A stretch of DNA of 64,000 nucleotides from an uncultured virus (IMG/VR IMGVR_UViG_3300029705_002947) (IMGVR_UViG_3300029705_002947), one strand, 5' to 3'. Positions 28,961 through 39,408 are shown, numbered from the stretch's first letter. Notes: generated from the sequence alone by a model not told the origin. Program-made: numbers and translations.

Positions 28961-29404
28961 ATGCAAAATAATCAAGTTTTAATGGCTAGACATGAGGATA
29001 ATGGATTAGGATTAGTTTTAGAAAAAAGTATAGACTGTAAAACTGTTGTAGTTGGTTCAAATGGTCTTCCAGTAGAACCTATAGATTATGATGGAGTTAA
29101 ATATATTCCATGTAATGTAGGAGATAAAATTATATTATATTACAATAAAGATAAACGTAATAGAACATTCAAAGTTGTTGGAATAGAAAAAAGTGAACAC
29201 TTCTTTATATGTGAAATAATATATGACGATGCAGAAATAATTGAATTAGAATTAATATCTTTAGCTGAACAGGTTGAAGAAGGTAATATGAGTGTAAATG
29301 TAGCACATCTTAAAGCTGATCAGTTATTAGCATCATTCCTTTATAAAAAAGGATTTGATCAAATAGCAGATGCTTTTAATAAAGTTCCTAAATATTATGA
29401 ATAA
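28961..29404 (+). CDS. Hypothetical protein
   Basis: ORF with GGAGAGG RBS. Confidence 0.75.
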   Translation: MQNNQVLMARHEDNGLGLVLEKSIDCKTVVVGSNGLPVEPIDYDGVKYIPCNVGDKIILYYNKDKRNRTFKVVGIEKSEHFFICEIIYDDAEIIELELISLAEQVEEGNMSVNVAHLKADQLLASFLYKKGFDQIADAFNKVPKYYE

Positions 29405-29405
29405 A

Positions 29406-29440
29406 AAAATAAAACTTACCTTTTGGTAAGTTTTATTTTT
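29406..29440. terminator. Bidirectional terminator
   Basis: aaaataaaacttacc-tttt-ggtaagttttatttt between convergent genes. Confidence 0.75.
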
Positions 29441-29445
29441 ATTTG

Positions 29446-29940
29446 TTAACATATAACCATTTTTCTTTCTAAATTTGCTATTCTTAAATCAACTTCTTCT
29501 AAATCTGATGGTAAATCTAATTCTGTTAATGTAACTTTTAAACTTTCTAATGCTTTTATTGCTTTGTCAAAACCTATTTTACTTGCACTATATTCATCAG
29601 CTTCATATTCTTCAGTTATTCTTCTTTCACTATCAGAATCTTTATGATATTCCCAATGTCCTAATTCATGTTGTAATAAGAATTCTTGTTCTAATCTATT
29701 TAATCTTGTAAAGTCTTCATCTACTAATATTACTAAATAAGTTTTCATTCCTGTAAATGTTGCAAAATCTACAGTTGTTACTGCTGATAATCTTATTTCA
29801 TTTTCTTGTAATAATCTAGTACTTTTTCTTAATATAAATCCTAATTCATTTACTTCATCTTTATAGAAACAATTATTATTATTTTCTTCCATATTTTCTA
29901 ATTTATTTAATATATAATTTAACATATTATTACCCTCCAT
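29446..29940 (-). CDS. HExxH zinc metallopeptidase-like protein
   Basis: LLQHELGH...EYEADEYS. Confidence 0.7.
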   Translation of the reverse strand: MEGNNMLNYILNKLENMEENNNNCFYKDEVNELGFILRKSTRLLQENEIRLSAVTTVDFATFTGMKTYLVILVDEDFTRLNRLEQEFLLQHELGHWEYHKDSDSERRITEEYEADEYSASKIGFDKAIKALESLKVTLTELDLPSDLEEVDLRIANLERKMVIC

Positions 29941-29976
29941 TAATTTATTTTTTACGGATCATACAAACTTTCTTAT

Positions 29977-30219
29977 TTATAATCTACTTTGTATTCCAAA
30001 TATTATTTTAAATTTTCTTTTGTTTTTCTTTTTAATTTTAAATCCTTCTTTAGTATCGAATATAAATACTCTTTTTCCACCAAGCCATAATCTTATATAA
30101 AAGCTTTCTGCATATATTCCACCTTGCCAACCTTTAATTTCAAATTCATAGTCATCGTTTAATTCAATTTCAGTTCTAACTAACCAAGTATTACCTATTC
30201 CTATTTCTAAATATTTCAT
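29977..30219 (-). CDS. Small hypothetical protein
   Basis: MKYLEIGIGNTWLVRTEIE...; GGAGG RBS. Confidence 0.7.
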   Translation of the reverse strand: MKYLEIGIGNTWLVRTEIELNDDYEFEIKGWQGGIYAESFYIRLWLGGKRVFIFDTKEGFKIKKKNKRKFKIIFGIQSRL

Positions 30220-30230
30220 AATATTACCTC

Positions 30231-30638
30231 CTATAAATTATCTATACCAAATGTATCTATAAAACATGCTGCCCAATTATCTGCTAAATATTCAGCAAAT
30301 ATTTTTCTATATCCTAAATAATCATTACCATCAAGTCTTTCAACTTCTTCTATATATCTATCATAATTGACTTTCTCTATAGTTTCTCTATGTCCTAATT
30401 CATGTAATGTATAGAATATATATAATTTTTCTTCAGCTATTTCTAAACCAAATTCTTCTTTTAAATAGTTTATCATAAATGTATTAAATTCTTTATCATC
30501 ATGTTTTTCATTATTTACATATAATTTATCTTCTACCATATTATAAGCAAAATGTTCTTCATTCTCAACTATTTCAAAGTTTTCAAATCCTTCTATCATT
30601 TCATTTACATAATTTATTATAGCGTTATAATTATACAT
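30231..30638 (-). CDS. HExxH zinc metallopeptidase-like protein, paralog of 16617..17075
   Basis: TLHELGH...EYLADNWA; shares IEGF, FM..YL..E.GL and GYR.I..E..AD.WA with 16617..17075. Confidence 0.72.
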   Translation of the reverse strand: MYNYNAIINYVNEMIEGFENFEIVENEEHFAYNMVEDKLYVNNEKHDDKEFNTFMINYLKEEFGLEIAEEKLYIFYTLHELGHRETIEKVNYDRYIEEVERLDGNDYLGYRKIFAEYLADNWAACFIDTFGIDNL

Positions 30639-30746
30639 AACTTACCTCCATTAATATATTATTATCGTATTTCATTGTTATAATATGGTATCGAAATCCT
30701 ACGAATTACGGATCATATAAAAGATATATCCCGAAGGATATATCTT

Positions 30747-31160
30747 TTATTTATCATCTGGTGGTTTATTTTTCTTTTCAACCGATTCTGTTAAATTAGG
30801 CTTATCTTTAAGGTCAACTTTTTCACCACGTTTAATCTGTTGGTATGTTTGATAGAACTTAAATAAGCCATCTATATTAGATAATCTTTCAAATAATTCA
30901 AAACTAAGTATTCCGATGAAAAATGCGATTACAACTATTTCCTTTAGTCCCATGTACTTTAATAACCATCCTTCAATACCGACCATTACAAAAGCACTAA
31001 ACAAAGATCCTATTAATATCCTATATAATCTAAATGATGTATCAGTACCTCTAATACTATTATACATATCTTTGACAAAAGAACCTGCTAATGTGATTAA
31101 AAAATATAGAGATAATGGTATAGCTACAGATAAAAAAACTTCAATATTCATTCCTTGCAT
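30747..31160 (-). CDS. Putative holin-like membrane protein
   Basis: Three TM segments and a charged C-terminal tail. Confidence 0.45.
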   Translation of the reverse strand: MQGMNIEVFLSVAIPLSLYFLITLAGSFVKDMYNSIRGTDTSFRLYRILIGSLFSAFVMVGIEGWLLKYMGLKEIVVIAFFIGILSFELFERLSNIDGLFKFYQTYQQIKRGEKVDLKDKPNLTESVEKKNKPPDDK

Positions 31161-31185
31161 CGTACCATCTCCACATATTAATCCT

Positions 31186-32178
31186 TTACTTAGGTTTATT
31201 CAAATCGTTGTTTAATTTCATATTCTCATCATCTAAACTTTTAATCACTATCATTAGAATTATTATTGTTGTTGTAACTAAGAAAATATTGATTAAACCG
31301 TTACCAAATTCAGTATTATTTCTATATTGTATAATTTTTGTTGTTACTGATTGGTCACATTGTTCTAATAAATCAGTATAATTGGATAGAAATGTACCAA
31401 TTGATATAGATTTAAATATATAAATCTTATTAACATTAGGGTTTTTAGCTAGATAATTACTATCCCTCTCCCCAAATATATCACCATTATCCGTTATAAC
31501 ACCTATAGTGACTATCATGTATTTATCCATATTCTTCATACCATTTTCATGATAATCTTGTATAACATCATCTATAGTGTAATATGTACCATTAGGATAA
31601 TATCCATCAGTTCTAAGTATAGCATAATCAACTCTATTTAATGATATGTCTTCATATGCTTGTTTCATTACACCTGAGTCATCAACTTGTAGATAATACT
31701 CTTCCCAAGTCAAATAACCATTTTCTGATTCTATATATTTATAAGTATCTAAATTTATATTAGATCTACTATAAATAACATAATCTTTTGTGCCTACGGT
31801 AATTATTATATTATCGTCCTTATTTTCTAAATTAAATACATCATCGAGTATTTCTATAAATTTATCACCTAATTTCATATTAACAATATTATCATATATT
31901 TCTTCCATCGACATTGATTCTATCATTAATCGATGTAAAGTTATAGAATCGTTTTTAGTATTATTATTTGACATTTCATAAGCTTCTATTAATATAGCTT
32001 TTAATATAGTATGAATATTTTCATCAGCATTTTTTTCTATTGTAGCTATTTCTTGATTGTAACTTTTATAATTTTTATATAAGTTAAATGCTCTGAAACC
32101 TCCAGCAAAGAATAATATCAAACATGCTATCATTAATAAGTATTTTCTAAATAAATTTTTTGTAAATGTGACTTTCAT
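31186..32178 (-). CDS. Membrane protein with two TM helices flanking a large extracytoplasmic domain
   Basis: Hydrophobic stretches near both termini; ~260 aa soluble domain between them. Confidence 0.7.
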   Translation of the reverse strand: MKVTFTKNLFRKYLLMIACLILFFAGGFRAFNLYKNYKSYNQEIATIEKNADENIHTILKAILIEAYEMSNNNTKNDSITLHRLMIESMSMEEIYDNIVNMKLGDKFIEILDDVFNLENKDDNIIITVGTKDYVIYSRSNINLDTYKYIESENGYLTWEEYYLQVDDSGVMKQAYEDISLNRVDYAILRTDGYYPNGTYYTIDDVIQDYHENGMKNMDKYMIVTIGVITDNGDIFGERDSNYLAKNPNVNKIYIFKSISIGTFLSNYTDLLEQCDQSVTTKIIQYRNNTEFGNGLINIFLVTTTIIILMIVIKSLDDENMKLNNDLNKPK

Positions 32179-32948
32179 TAAACAAACACCACCATTAAAT
32201 CTGATATTTTTAATGATGAATTAGCTGCACATTCACCGAATATTCTTATATTTAATGCATATGGAACATCAACATCTTTATCAAATTTAGGTATCTCAAA
32301 GAAATCAGCTGATAATATAGCGTCATTAGCATTAAACCAATATGGTTTTTCATCTAATGCGTTAAATGTTATAGAACACCCTATAGTAGGTACTCCTATT
32401 AATTCTATTATATGTTTTAATTTGAAAGTTGTAGGTTGTGTTAATAATTGAATAGGATTATTTAATGTAAACTCTAATCCCACTCCAGGTACTGCTTGTA
32501 TAGAACCTGGTACATGTAAACCATTAATTAAATTTATATTTTCTAAATCCCTGAAATTATCTCTATAAAGAACTTTTAATGATAATCTATGATCTACAAG
32601 TCCTGCTAATTCATATACAAGAGTTGCTATATCGTCAGATAAAGCTTCTTGTTTAGTTTGTATTATAGTATTATTTTGTGTTAAAATACTACTATCTTTA
32701 AATAAATCTGTAAATACTACTTCTCCAGTATTTTCAGGATTAAATGGTCCAGTAACACCATCTTTAGTTATAGTAACAACTGTATGAACACCATCTTTTT
32801 CTATTATAACACAGTCACCTTTGTTATATATTTTATTTTCATCATATATTTCTGGATTTTTACCACCAAATAAAACGTTTAATATTAAGTTAAAACTATT
32901 TACAGTATCTTCATTAACTAATTTTTTAATTAGGTTAAGTTTAGCCAC
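32178..32948 (-). CDS. Hypothetical, probable virion structural protein
   Basis: YDENKIYNKGD.V motif (short Y....Y..GD.V repeat seen in tail proteins); late-type operon. Confidence 0.55.
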   Translation of the reverse strand: MAKLNLIKKLVNEDTVNSFNLILNVLFGGKNPEIYDENKIYNKGDCVIIEKDGVHTVVTITKDGVTGPFNPENTGEVVFTDLFKDSSILTQNNTIIQTKQEALSDDIATLVYELAGLVDHRLSLKVLYRDNFRDLENINLINGLHVPGSIQAVPGVGLEFTLNNPIQLLTQPTTFKLKHIIELIGVPTIGCSITFNALDEKPYWFNANDAILSADFFEIPKFDKDVDVPYALNIRIFGECAANSSLKISDLMVVFV

Positions 32949-32961
32949 TTATAGTCACCTC

Positions 32962-33582
32962 CTATTTATTTACAGATAGAAATATATTGTGTAATAATAA
33001 TGCTCTATTATCTCCACCAGCATTACTCACAACTAGTTCTACTAATTTTATTGATGAAGCATTTTCAAACTCTAATGGAATTATTGAAACATTTATATTT
33101 GCAAGATTTTTGTCTACACGGTGATATTTAATAACGCCATCGATAACTATTTCAAATAATATTTTAACCTTTCCTTCACTATATACTATATTAGGCTTAC
33201 CATCAATAATATCATACTCATCAATATCAAGATTTAATAAAATTTCTTTACTATCACTCGGTAATTCAATAATATCGTTTTGAAGAATATTTACATTATA
33301 ATCTATATGATCTGGAAGAACATGATTTTGAAGTTCTACATTATAAATTTCTCCAGTCATACATAATAATTCAGCTACACGAATAGCCTCATCAGTTGAT
33401 GCTTTCATACGGTTCATTATATCAGCAGACATTACGACTGCATCTTTAGATTTGATATAAAATTCACCTGTATATTTACCAACTAGTATTTCTTCATTTA
33501 ATGCTTCATGCTTTCTTTCTCTAGAAAGTGCAGAGATAGCAAATCTTTGTATTAAATCACGTAAAGCATCTTGATTACTCAT
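32962..33582 (-). CDS. Hypothetical, probable virion structural protein
   Basis: ORF downstream of the late-type promoter at 33617-33628. Confidence 0.6.
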   Translation of the reverse strand: MSNQDALRDLIQRFAISALSRERKHEALNEEILVGKYTGEFYIKSKDAVVMSADIMNRMKASTDEAIRVAELLCMTGEIYNVELQNHVLPDHIDYNVNILQNDIIELPSDSKEILLNLDIDEYDIIDGKPNIVYSEGKVKILFEIVIDGVIKYHRVDKNLANINVSIIPLEFENASSIKLVELVVSNAGGDNRALLLHNIFLSVNK

Positions 33583-33664
33583 ACTTTTACTCTCCTTTCA
33601 ATTTTACAGAATTTATTAAATAATTGTTTTCTGGGCACTAACCCAGAAAACAATTATAATATTT

Positions 33665-36600
33665 TTATTCATCGGGATTTATAGATATAGCTAGTCTATT
33701 TGTATCAATTACATTTTCTCCCATTCTATCAAATGCAAGTTCAAATGGATCGTTTATATCTATTATACCTTCAAACAATGCTAAATCTTGTTCAGTTAAT
33801 TGTAAATAGTCAGGATTTATAAATCCAAAAGAATTTGTAAGATATTTATAAAATTCTCTAATTATAAAATCTAAAGGATCTATAGGCACATCCACTACAG
33901 GTTTTTCGGTATCTTTTATATCTTCGTTATCTGCAACTGAATTATCTATATTCCCTGAAAATTCTTCATCCTTTTCATATATATCATCGAGAATATCATA
34001 TATACCATCAAATGCACCATCTATACTATTATATAGACCTCCAAAGTATTCAATATCTCTAGAATTCTCTATTATCTCTAAGCTATGTATAGAGTCAGTT
34101 TTTAATATTTTAATAATATTTGCAGTTATTATTTCAACATCTTTTTTAACAAGTTTTTTACCATTTAAATATATATCATACCATTTAAAATCAAACGGTT
34201 TATCTATAAGACCTTTTAAATTTATAGCCTTGTCAGTTGGTATTTTTTCTAAATAACAAACTTGTTTCATCATATAAGGCATACTTTCAACAGCTATATT
34301 ATAATCAATACCTGGTTCTCTTAAGAATCCTGGTAGCAGATTAACTTTTGAAGTTAAATCATATTCATCTATTTTAACAACACCTAAATGTCTAGGAACA
34401 AGTCTACCGTTACTATAAACTCTAAAATATCTAGGATCTTTTTTACAAGCTGAAGGTACTTTTATAACTTCAAAGTTAGCTTCAGGTCCATCTTCAGGTC
34501 GTAATATATCATTATCAATATGGTCCATATTATGTATTTTTTTAATATGAAGACTTAATTTTTTATCAAGATATTGCTTATCAGTTATTTTTATTTTTAT
34601 TATTCTCGGACAGTTTATGAAAACATCTTTTAAATCAATTAAATTAAGCCCACCCTCTGCTAACGATTTACCAGAACCGTCATCATCAGATATTTCTATT
34701 TTTACAACACCATTAACCATTTTAAATTGATATATCATTTTTTTATTCATAGATCTTATTTTATTTATAGCATATCCATTTATAGAATCAACCTTAATAA
34801 ATTTAGCTTTATTATTATTCATATCAAATTGATAGAAATTATCTTTATTATCTTGTAATGAAAGATAGTATGCGTTATCATGTTCAATATCATCGTCATC
34901 CCTATAAATTTCAATTAGACCCCTATCCAATATAGCTAATTGATAATAACCATTATCATTTTCAGATATAATATAATCAAGTACTATATCAGATTCAATA
35001 TCATCCATATGGAATTTTATTGGTAAAATTATTTGATAAGACGATGGGTCTAGGTAATTTCCAGTTTCATTATCAACTATAAATAAATCATTAAATAATG
35101 TCTTATTTCTAACTGCACGATCTCCTATATCTATTGATAATATATCAGATGTGTTATTTGCTATAAAATTAAAATGTTTACTTGTATCTGAAACTTTTTC
35201 TATTTCTAGTACGGTTGTGGGTTCAACTAATCTACATGGTATATAAACATAATCTAACATATCTGTATTATACAATATTATTTCATTATCGTAACGTGTA
35301 CCATCTACATGTATAATTATATCATCATACATTCCTCTAAAGTCATTTCTAAATATAAACATATACATATCTTCTTTAAATGTAGATAACATAAGACCAG
35401 TATCTTTATTATCTTTACGTTTTCTTTGGTTTAAATTTATTTTAGCAACATCAACGTAATAGTAATTATTACCTAATCCTAAGTTACGTAAATATCTTCT
35501 AAAATTATTCACGTCAGCTTTTATAAATTCTCTCATTTTGTTTATCTTATATCTAAAGTGGTCATCATATTGTAAATACTCAAATAATGCTAAAATTGTA
35601 TCATAAACACCAACTCTATTATGAGAATCATTAGTAGGATCATATACGTAAAGGATATCAGGATCTATATTTTTATTATACAATTCAGAACAAAGTTGAT
35701 TGCCTTCCATATATATTTTATAAGATAATGATGTTAGATTATCATACACGTAATAACAATCAGGAACTTCTGTTATGTCTCTACCTTTATATTCTTCACT
35801 TATTAGTTCACCATCAAGTAATGATATTTTATATATAATACCATTAGTACTCATTATAAAAGAAGAAGGGAAATCTTTATTTTTCATCAAACCTTTTCTG
35901 TAGTCTTTTATACTGTATGGGACTAATAATGGATTAAATTTTTTAATTTCATCTAATATAGTACCATCACGATATTTTTCAAGATAATGTGGTACGTATT
36001 TATGATATGCTGCTAACATATCAAGATGTTTTAATTTATCTACGTTATTTTCATAATAGAAAACATAAATGTATAATTTTTTAGTTTTTATTATATCATC
36101 TATATTTTCTATAGAATATATATTTGGATAATAATGGTTTAATTTAGCTTCGTGAACAAATAATCCGTCTTCATCGATAATTAGGCAGTTTTCTACTGCA
36201 ACAGGATAATCCTGCATAGGTATCTCAAACCATTTATCGTATTCTATTTTTATAGTTTTTAACATATGTCTTAAAGGTATTAATTGTATATCTATAGCAG
36301 TATTATCAGGATAATAACGAATTATCTTTTCAACATATGAATTATCTACAACCATACCTTTATCGTTTATATCAATATCTATTAATGATGAATAGTTTTC
36401 ATTAACATGTCTAGAGAAAACTATAGATTTAGAATAATCAACATAATCAACTAATCCTAGATTTTTAGTTGGAAGTCCGTTATCTTTATTTAACGTTCTT
36501 AATCTATATGCATTAGTAGATATATTTTTTATTCCTGTATTTGGTATGAAATATATAGTTACATCTGAATTTTTTTCTATATAATCTCTCATTTCACCTA

Positions 36601-37069
36601 TACTAAATCCCTCTTCTGAAGGTGTTTCTCTACAAGTGAATATCATATAAGTTTTATCTTCTTTACATAAAACATTTATACCCTTAGTATATAATCTACC
36701 GTCGATAAATACAAGGAATGTTGCATCAAATAAATCAGGACGATTTATTATTTGGTCAAAGCTTAAATCTTTTTCATATAAGCTAGATCTTTTATATGCA
36801 AGACGCTTACCAACATTTATAAATTCGTAATCTATAAAGAATACCCATTTTCTAGGAACTAAAACAGGAACATGATTTACTTTGTTAGTTCTATAAATTT
36901 CTTGCATCTTAAAATCGAATCTTTTATAACCCGTAGAGTCTAATTGAAATTGTCTTAGATATTGATATGCGGACATTTTGGATTCATCTAAACTTTTTTC
37001 AACTACATCTAAATCAAACGTATTATTTTTATACGCCTGATATCTAAAGTTATAATTGTCCATACCCAT
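33665..37069 (-). CDS. Large probable virion structural protein (1134 aa)
   Basis: Repeated beta-rich VFIDGRL / VYSNGRL / IYLNGKKL motifs common in jumbo-phage baseplate/virion proteins; late-type promoter at 37104-37115. Confidence 0.6.
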   Translation of the reverse strand: MGMDNYNFRYQAYKNNTFDLDVVEKSLDESKMSAYQYLRQFQLDSTGYKRFDFKMQEIYRTNKVNHVPVLVPRKWVFFIDYEFINVGKRLAYKRSSLYEKDLSFDQIINRPDLFDATFLVFIDGRLYTKGINVLCKEDKTYMIFTCRETPSEEGFSIGEMRDYIEKNSDVTIYFIPNTGIKNISTNAYRLRTLNKDNGLPTKNLGLVDYVDYSKSIVFSRHVNENYSSLIDIDINDKGMVVDNSYVEKIIRYYPDNTAIDIQLIPLRHMLKTIKIEYDKWFEIPMQDYPVAVENCLIIDEDGLFVHEAKLNHYYPNIYSIENIDDIIKTKKLYIYVFYYENNVDKLKHLDMLAAYHKYVPHYLEKYRDGTILDEIKKFNPLLVPYSIKDYRKGLMKNKDFPSSFIMSTNGIIYKISLLDGELISEEYKGRDITEVPDCYYVYDNLTSLSYKIYMEGNQLCSELYNKNIDPDILYVYDPTNDSHNRVGVYDTILALFEYLQYDDHFRYKINKMREFIKADVNNFRRYLRNLGLGNNYYYVDVAKINLNQRKRKDNKDTGLMLSTFKEDMYMFIFRNDFRGMYDDIIIHVDGTRYDNEIILYNTDMLDYVYIPCRLVEPTTVLEIEKVSDTSKHFNFIANNTSDILSIDIGDRAVRNKTLFNDLFIVDNETGNYLDPSSYQIILPIKFHMDDIESDIVLDYIISENDNGYYQLAILDRGLIEIYRDDDDIEHDNAYYLSLQDNKDNFYQFDMNNNKAKFIKVDSINGYAINKIRSMNKKMIYQFKMVNGVVKIEISDDDGSGKSLAEGGLNLIDLKDVFINCPRIIKIKITDKQYLDKKLSLHIKKIHNMDHIDNDILRPEDGPEANFEVIKVPSACKKDPRYFRVYSNGRLVPRHLGVVKIDEYDLTSKVNLLPGFLREPGIDYNIAVESMPYMMKQVCYLEKIPTDKAINLKGLIDKPFDFKWYDIYLNGKKLVKKDVEIITANIIKILKTDSIHSLEIIENSRDIEYFGGLYNSIDGAFDGIYDILDDIYEKDEEFSGNIDNSVADNEDIKDTEKPVVDVPIDPLDFIIREFYKYLTNSFGFINPDYLQLTEQDLALFEGIIDINDPFELAFDRMGENVIDTNRLAISINPDE

Positions 37070-37171
37070 ACTAAAACCTCCTTTATTTAGTTATTTTAAT
37101 CCTTAATAACTTGTTTTTGAAGCATCTTATTAAAAATTATATATAGTATAACAAATTAATAGAAATAAAAT

Positions 37172-37852
37172 ATGAAAGGGGAAATAATTATGAATAATTC
37201 TAAAAAAGAGGCTTTAAAACAATTTATACAAGAGTTAATTGCAAATAAATATACAAGAGAAAGATTTTATGAAATAGCTAATAAAGATGCAGATGGTGAA
37301 GAAAAAACTATCGAACCATTTGCTTTTATAGATCCAACAAATGTACCATGTGTAGAAGCAGTAGAACCATTATTTGATTTTAAAACATTTAATGAAATGA
37401 TGGATGAAACTGATATTACATTGAAAGAAGAAGAAATAGAATATAAACCAACAGAGGAAGAATTAGAATATTATAACAAACTAACTGAAGATTTAAAACC
37501 AGTAGACGGTTTATGTATTCCATGTATAGTTGATGGAGAAGATAGAGTGTTGTATGATGGTTTAAACTGTAATATAAAACCAATGCCTATATTAGGTATA
37601 AATCTTGTAACACCAGTAAATTTAAAAGTATTAAAAGTTACGTTAACAAGTGACATGAAAAATGAAGAAGAAATAGAAGTAGAATTTGCATTAGTATCAG
37701 AAGAAAATATGGTATTATTTAAAAATACGTTAGGAGAATTAGCACATATTGGTGTAATAGCAGTTGTAGATGAAAATGAGTTTGAATTAAATTTATCACC
37801 AACAGGATTCAGAGGCATAACTAAATCAGTAGATGTAAGTGAATTATTATAA
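37172..37852 (+). CDS. Hypothetical acidic protein
   Basis: ORF downstream of the late-type promoter at 37150-37161; probable start MNNSK. Confidence 0.75.
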   Translation: MKGEIIMNNSKKEALKQFIQELIANKYTRERFYEIANKDADGEEKTIEPFAFIDPTNVPCVEAVEPLFDFKTFNEMMDETDITLKEEEIEYKPTEEELEYYNKLTEDLKPVDGLCIPCIVDGEDRVLYDGLNCNIKPMPILGINLVTPVNLKVLKVTLTSDMKNEEEIEVEFALVSEENMVLFKNTLGELAHIGVIAVVDENEFELNLSPTGFRGITKSVDVSELL

Positions 37853-37869
37853 AGGATGGTGTATAATAT

Positions 37870-38082
37870 ATGATAAATTTTTTAGTTTGGTTATGTGTAA
37901 CAATTTTTGCAGGATATGCTGCTCATGAAATTATAAGAATAGGAAATGATAAATTTCCTGAATTAGATATGAGCCCAAATTTATGTGCTATTATAGGTGT
38001 ATTATTTGGGTTATATGGTGTAGGTGTAATAGTTCTATATGGATTTATAAAAGTAATGATAAAACGTATGATTAAACATTAA
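37870..38082 (+). CDS. Small two-TM membrane protein
   Basis: Two hydrophobic segments. Confidence 0.7.
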   Translation: MINFLVWLCVTIFAGYAAHEIIRIGNDKFPELDMSPNLCAIIGVLFGLYGVGVIVLYGFIKVMIKRMIKH

Positions 38083-38090
38083 AAATAATT

Positions 38091-38133
38091 AAAATATTCT
38101 ATTATATGATCTTAGATCATATAATAGAATATT
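38091..38133. terminator. Long palindrome/bidirectional terminator
   Basis: aaatattctattatatgatct-t-agatcatataatagaatattt between convergent genes. Confidence 0.7.
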
Positions 38134-38137
38134 TATT

Positions 38138-38506
38138 TTAATCTTCATTGTAATAATCATCTAATCCTTCTGCGATTTCTCGTCTTATGTCATTTTCACT
38201 TTCTCTATAAATCTTAGATTTTTTAGTTTCGATTATATTATTATTTATTATATCAGCTTTTAATTTATTTAACTCACATAAATATTTTTTATTATTAGTT
38301 AAACGTATTAAACTTTCTATAAAATATAAATCGTTATTCTTTGGTAATTTATGTTTTGCAGCTAGTTTACACAATGCTTTACCAGCTTGGACTGATTTAA
38401 CATGTGAATGGCATTCGTAACTGGATTTCGTGTTTACAACGACAAATCCTCCTTCTGTTGTTTTTTTAACAACAAATTGATCGTATCTATAAACATAGTT
38501 ATTCAT
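38138..38506 (-). CDS. Hypothetical protein
   Basis: Start reassigned to MNNYV (38506) after GGAGAAGG RBS, removing the overlap with the amidase. Confidence 0.7.
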   Translation of the reverse strand: MNNYVYRYDQFVVKKTTEGGFVVVNTKSSYECHSHVKSVQAGKALCKLAAKHKLPKNNDLYFIESLIRLTNNKKYLCELNKLKADIINNNIIETKKSKIYRESENDIRREIAEGLDDYYNED

Positions 38507-38526
38507 ACCAATCCTTCTCCTTATAA

Positions 38527-39408
38527 TTATACTAATACTACATAATCTCCTGAAATAAATCCTTGTTTTCCATTGATCACAACACCAAACCATCCGTTGA
38601 GACAATATCCAACTTGAACTATAGTACCTTTAGAAAGTTTACCTATTATATTATTGTATTCAGGACTTCCAGGTCTTCCTGCTCTAACATTTAAAGTTCC
38701 TGCAGTTACTTTAACTTTAGCGTTATAAGTTCCATTTTTCCAAGGTTTACCATTAGATGGTAAATTGATAACAGGTTTAGTTACTTCTTGTATTGGTTGA
38801 CTAGAAGCTGCTTTATAAGCTACACCGAAATGTTCACATATACCTTTTAATGTAGCTTCACATAATAAATTTCTTTTGTTTTTTAATATTTTAATATCTT
38901 CTTTATTATCATAGAATGCGTATTCAATTAACACACCTGGCATATTTGTATGTTTAACAACATAGTAATTATTTTGTTTATAACCTCTATTTTTAAATCC
39001 TTTATCTACTGCATAAACGTCTTTGTATATTGCACTGCATATTTTCTTAGCTGCATTTGCTGATTTAGTTGAACAACCTTTACATGTATAAACTTCTACA
39101 CCTCTAGCTTGATACCAACTACCTGAACCTGCAGCATTTGCATGTAAACTAACGAAAAGACAGTTAGGCTTTCCTTTTCCAGCCCAATAATTATTAGCAT
39201 CTTTACATCTAGCAGCTAATGCTTTATCGGCACCTTTTTCAGGATTAGGGTTTACTAGATAAACTATAAAACCTAATTGTTCTAATCTAGCTTTTAATTT
39301 ATACTGCATATCATTATTGAATTCCCATTCTAATAAACTGCTATCAGGAGATCTTTTACCTCCAGTAGCTTTCGCATGTCCTGAATCTAATATTATATAA
39401 TTTGCCAT
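38527..39408 (-). CDS. Endolysin: N-acetylmuramoyl-L-alanine amidase (Amidase_3) with C-terminal SH3b domain
   Basis: ILDSGH, E, FVSLHANA, GVEVY, MPGVLIEYAFYDN; SH3b LNVRAG...GW...GFISGDYV. Confidence 0.92.
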   Translation of the reverse strand: MANYIILDSGHAKATGGKRSPDSSLLEWEFNNDMQYKLKARLEQLGFIVYLVNPNPEKGADKALAARCKDANNYWAGKGKPNCLFVSLHANAAGSGSWYQARGVEVYTCKGCSTKSANAAKKICSAIYKDVYAVDKGFKNRGYKQNNYYVVKHTNMPGVLIEYAFYDNKEDIKILKNKRNLLCEATLKGICEHFGVAYKAASSQPIQEVTKPVINLPSNGKPWKNGTYNAKVKVTAGTLNVRAGRPGSPEYNNIIGKLSKGTIVQVGYCLNGWFGVVINGKQGFISGDYVVLV

